A DNA stretch of 1,074 nt from Escherichia coli (GTDB taxonomy: Bacteria; Pseudomonadota; Gammaproteobacteria; Enterobacterales; Enterobacteriaceae), in NCBI RefSeq assembly GCF_003334765.1, contig NZ_QOWT01000086.1, one strand, 5' to 3'. Below the pieces are notes generated by a model. It searched no databases. It saw only the letters and a list, made by a program, of their open reading frames with translations, and was not told the origin of the DNA. Positions 1 through 1,074 of the stretch are shown here, in pieces. The first letter of the stretch is position 1; each line of letters opens with the position of its first letter. The position numbers and the translations under genes are program-made.

Positions 1-89
1 CACATGCTGAGGGTGCTGTCCGGGTGCAGCTCCGGGTCGGGCAGGCGGTTACCTGCCGGGTCTGTGGCATACGGGATATCAATGCCCAG
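1..89 (-). CDS. Probable 5' end of a downstream orphan rhs core fragment (partial; continues beyond window start; no canonical start codon visible at its 5' edge)
   Basis: Abrupt shift to about 65% GC (hand count, 1..90) immediately after the AT-rich immunity gene. The minus-strand frame reads LGIDIPYATDPAGNRLPDPELHPDSTLSM with no stops and with codons typical of highly used E. coli codons (CTG, CCG, CGC, GGC, GAC). Orphan rhs core fragments downstream of the main rhs-immunity pair are an established feature of rhs loci (for example ybfO after ybfB in E. coli K-12, recalled from memory). Identity as Rhs core is inferred, not verified by alignment. Confidence 0.45.
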   Translation of the reverse strand, partial: MGIDIPYATDPAGNRLPDPELHPDSTLSM

Positions 90-122
90 GTTACATATAA
101 TAATAAGAGCAATTAACTTAAT

Positions 123-449
123 TTATTTGTTTATAATGCGCTTACTTAATACAAACCATTGAATATACCCTCCTGACAGAAAATAAAGCCATATTATTAT
201 CGCCATAATATACTTACTATCAATCCTTACGCCAATAATGTCTGATACAGTCCCTATAAATATTAGAGCAATAAAGAATACTATGCCTGTTGGAAAACAT
301 ATTACCATCATTCCATAAGACATGAGACTAATTAACTCGCTCACATCACGAGTGGAGTCTAATAGTGAAAGTCTATGCATGGAAAAGAATAGTATTAAAA
401 GCGATAAAGCCAGCCATATAGCTCTGAATAAAAAAATAATATATTTCAT
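123..449 (-). CDS. ybfB: Putative Rhs-CT cognate immunity protein; small inner-membrane protein (108 aa, about 3 predicted transmembrane helices)
   Basis: Complete ORF with ATG at 449..447 and stop TAA at 125..123. The start overlaps the toxin stop (TAATG), and a GGAG Shine-Dalgarno lies 7 nt upstream. The protein [23 protein letters not shown]...ICFPTGIVFFIALIFIGTV...IMAIIIWLYFLSGGYIQWFVL has three long hydrophobic stretches. It sits immediately 3' of an Rhs CT domain, which is the canonical immunity position. It is extremely AT-rich (about 22% GC in a hand count of 101..160). The symbol ybfB is recalled from E. coli K-12 (a 108-aa protein downstream of rhsC) and is not verified. Confidence 0.78.
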   Translation of the reverse strand: MKYIIFLFRAIWLALSLLILFFSMHRLSLLDSTRDVSELISLMSYGMMVICFPTGIVFFIALIFIGTVSDIIGVRIDSKYIMAIIIWLYFLSGGYIQWFVLSKRIINK

Positions 450-1074
450 TACATCACTCCGGTGAATACAAATCTAATAAAACGTCCAATGTTATTTCCG
501 GAGCACTTCATCTTACATGTTTCTAAAGAATCATTAGACCAGTCTTGGCAGTTTTTAAATAGCCCTAAATTTATAGGTGTGAATATATCAGGCAATACAG
601 AATAACGCGGCCTTACCTCTTTAAACTTCCCTTTTAAACAGTTCTCCACACAACTATTATCGGTTTCAACGAGGTCACAACGGCCAGCAGCTTCTTTTGT
701 ATCATTACTTGCTTTACCTGGCCCCCATAGACCATCTCCTTTTGATTCTCCCCGTTGGTCTTGGCCACCACAAGTATAGTCCCCTTTACCATCTGGGACA
801 CAAAGATATTGATGATAGAACGGATTCCCCCATATATCTGGACCGCTTCTTTCACCAGTTCCGCCCATTGAATGCAGTGGCTTAATGCATTTTAGTGTTT
901 CTAATCCTAATGGATCTATATTTGAGATCGGATTCAACGGATACTGATAAAAATTCCATCCCCCTTTCAGCCCAATCGGATCCTGAGTGATATATCGCCC
1001 CTGCAGCGGGTCATAATAGCGGTGGCGGTTGTAATACAGGCCGGACTCCTCATCATACTGCTGCCCCGGCAGGC
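449..1074 (-). CDS. rhsC: Rhs family polymorphic toxin, C-terminal portion (5'-partial; continues upstream beyond window end). Comprises the end of the conserved Rhs core (1072..902) and a variable C-terminal toxin domain (901..452); stop TAA at 451..449.
   Basis: The minus-strand frame is open from the window edge (1072) to the stop at 449..451. Translating 1072..938 gives [45 protein letters not shown], continuing [12 protein letters not shown], which is the conserved end of the Rhs/YD-repeat core with its DPxGL junction motif (established family knowledge). The ORF-track start at 937 is a TTG inside this open frame and is not the real start. Downstream of DPLGL the sequence turns AT-richer and encodes a 150-aa Cys-rich tail. 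The symbol rhsC is a recollection of the E. coli paralog paired with a 108-aa immunity protein; the paralog assignment is uncertain. Confidence 0.88.
   Translation of the reverse strand, partial: LPGQQYDEESGLYYNRHRYYDPLQGRYITQDPIGLKGGWNFYQYPLNPISNIDPLGLETLKCIKPLHSMGGTGERSGPDIWGNPFYHQYLCVPDGKGDYTCGGQDQRGESKGDGLWGPGKASNDTKEAAGRCDLVETDNSCVENCLKGKFKEVRPRYSVLPDIFTPINLGLFKNCQDWSNDSLETCKMKCSGNNIGRFIRFVFTGVM
457..460 (-). promoter_or_regulatory. Shine-Dalgarno (GGAG) for the immunity gene, embedded in the last codons of the toxin CDS
   Basis: Minus-strand sequence ...CACCGGAGTGATGTAATG: GGAG is followed by a 7-nt spacer and then the immunity ATG (449..447). This is a typical arrangement for translational coupling. 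Confidence 0.5.
902..916 (-). other. DPLGL motif marking the junction between the conserved Rhs core and the variable CT toxin domain (the site of autoproteolytic CT release in characterised Rhs/Tc-family proteins)
   Basis: Codons 916..902 on the minus strand translate to D-P-L-G-L and are preceded by the conserved [24 protein letters not shown] context. The nucleotide composition changes from GC-rich to AT-rich around this point. Confidence 0.8.

Noticed and set aside
90-122. AT-rich spacer after the immunity stop examined for a rho-independent terminator
   Set aside because: No GC-rich inverted repeat followed by a T-tract is evident on the minus strand. The region appears to be simply the AT-rich junction before the GC-rich orphan fragment.
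4-162. 52-aa plus-strand ORF (MLRVLSGCSSGSGRRLPAGS…) spanning the GC-rich segment and the immunity gene 3' end
   Set aside because: Uses rare codons (AGG, CGG, TTA, ATA) and overlaps two better-supported minus-strand coding regions. Its GC-rich part mirrors the minus-strand orphan rhs frame, which has much better codon usage.
470-500. Possible internal sigma70-like promoter for the immunity gene inside the CT 3' end (minus-strand TTGGAC with a weak downstream -10-like TATTCA)
   Set aside because: The -35-like hexamer is acceptable but the best-spaced -10 candidate matches consensus at only 3 of 6 positions. AT-rich sequence produces such near-matches by chance, so it is not reported as a feature.
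634-855. 73-aa minus-strand ORF in an alternative frame
   Set aside because: Lies entirely within the Rhs CT coding region in a different frame, with no ribosome-binding site or distinct compositional signal. Most likely a chance ORF.
697-885. 62-aa plus-strand ORF antisense to the Rhs CT
   Set aside because: Antisense to a well-supported CDS, with a His/Leu/Pro-rich low-complexity translation and no recognisable SD. Judged a spurious antisense ORF.
935-937. TTG proposed by the ORF track as the start of a 162-aa protein ([12 protein letters not shown]…)
   Set aside because: The reading frame is open upstream all the way to the window edge (1072) and encodes conserved Rhs core sequence. The TTG is an internal Leu codon (…[16 protein letters not shown]), not an initiation site.

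Overview
This window is the 3' end of an Rhs (rearrangement hotspot / YD-repeat) polymorphic toxin locus, encoded entirely on the minus strand. Reading 5'->3' on the minus strand: (1) the last ~57 codons of the conserved, GC-rich Rhs core, ending in the family's hallmark DPLGL junction motif (1072..902); (2) an AT-richer, cysteine-rich ~150-aa variable C-terminal (CT) toxin domain that I cannot assign to a known toxin family (901..452); (3) a 108-aa, very AT-rich, three-helix membrane protein whose ATG overlaps the toxin stop codon (TAATG), the expected cognate immunity gene (449..123); (4) an abrupt return to GC-rich sequence with E. coli-like codon usage at 89..1, which I interpret as the start of a downstream orphan rhs core fragment. 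The arrangement and the 108-aa immunity protein resemble the E. coli rhsC-ybfB-ybfO region, but I am recalling this from memory and cannot verify it without a database search. The Rhs toxin/immunity system is a well-described class, so this is not a new system type; the CT domain itself may be functionally uncharacterised. No RNA genes, CRISPR arrays, or intact mobile-element genes are visible.
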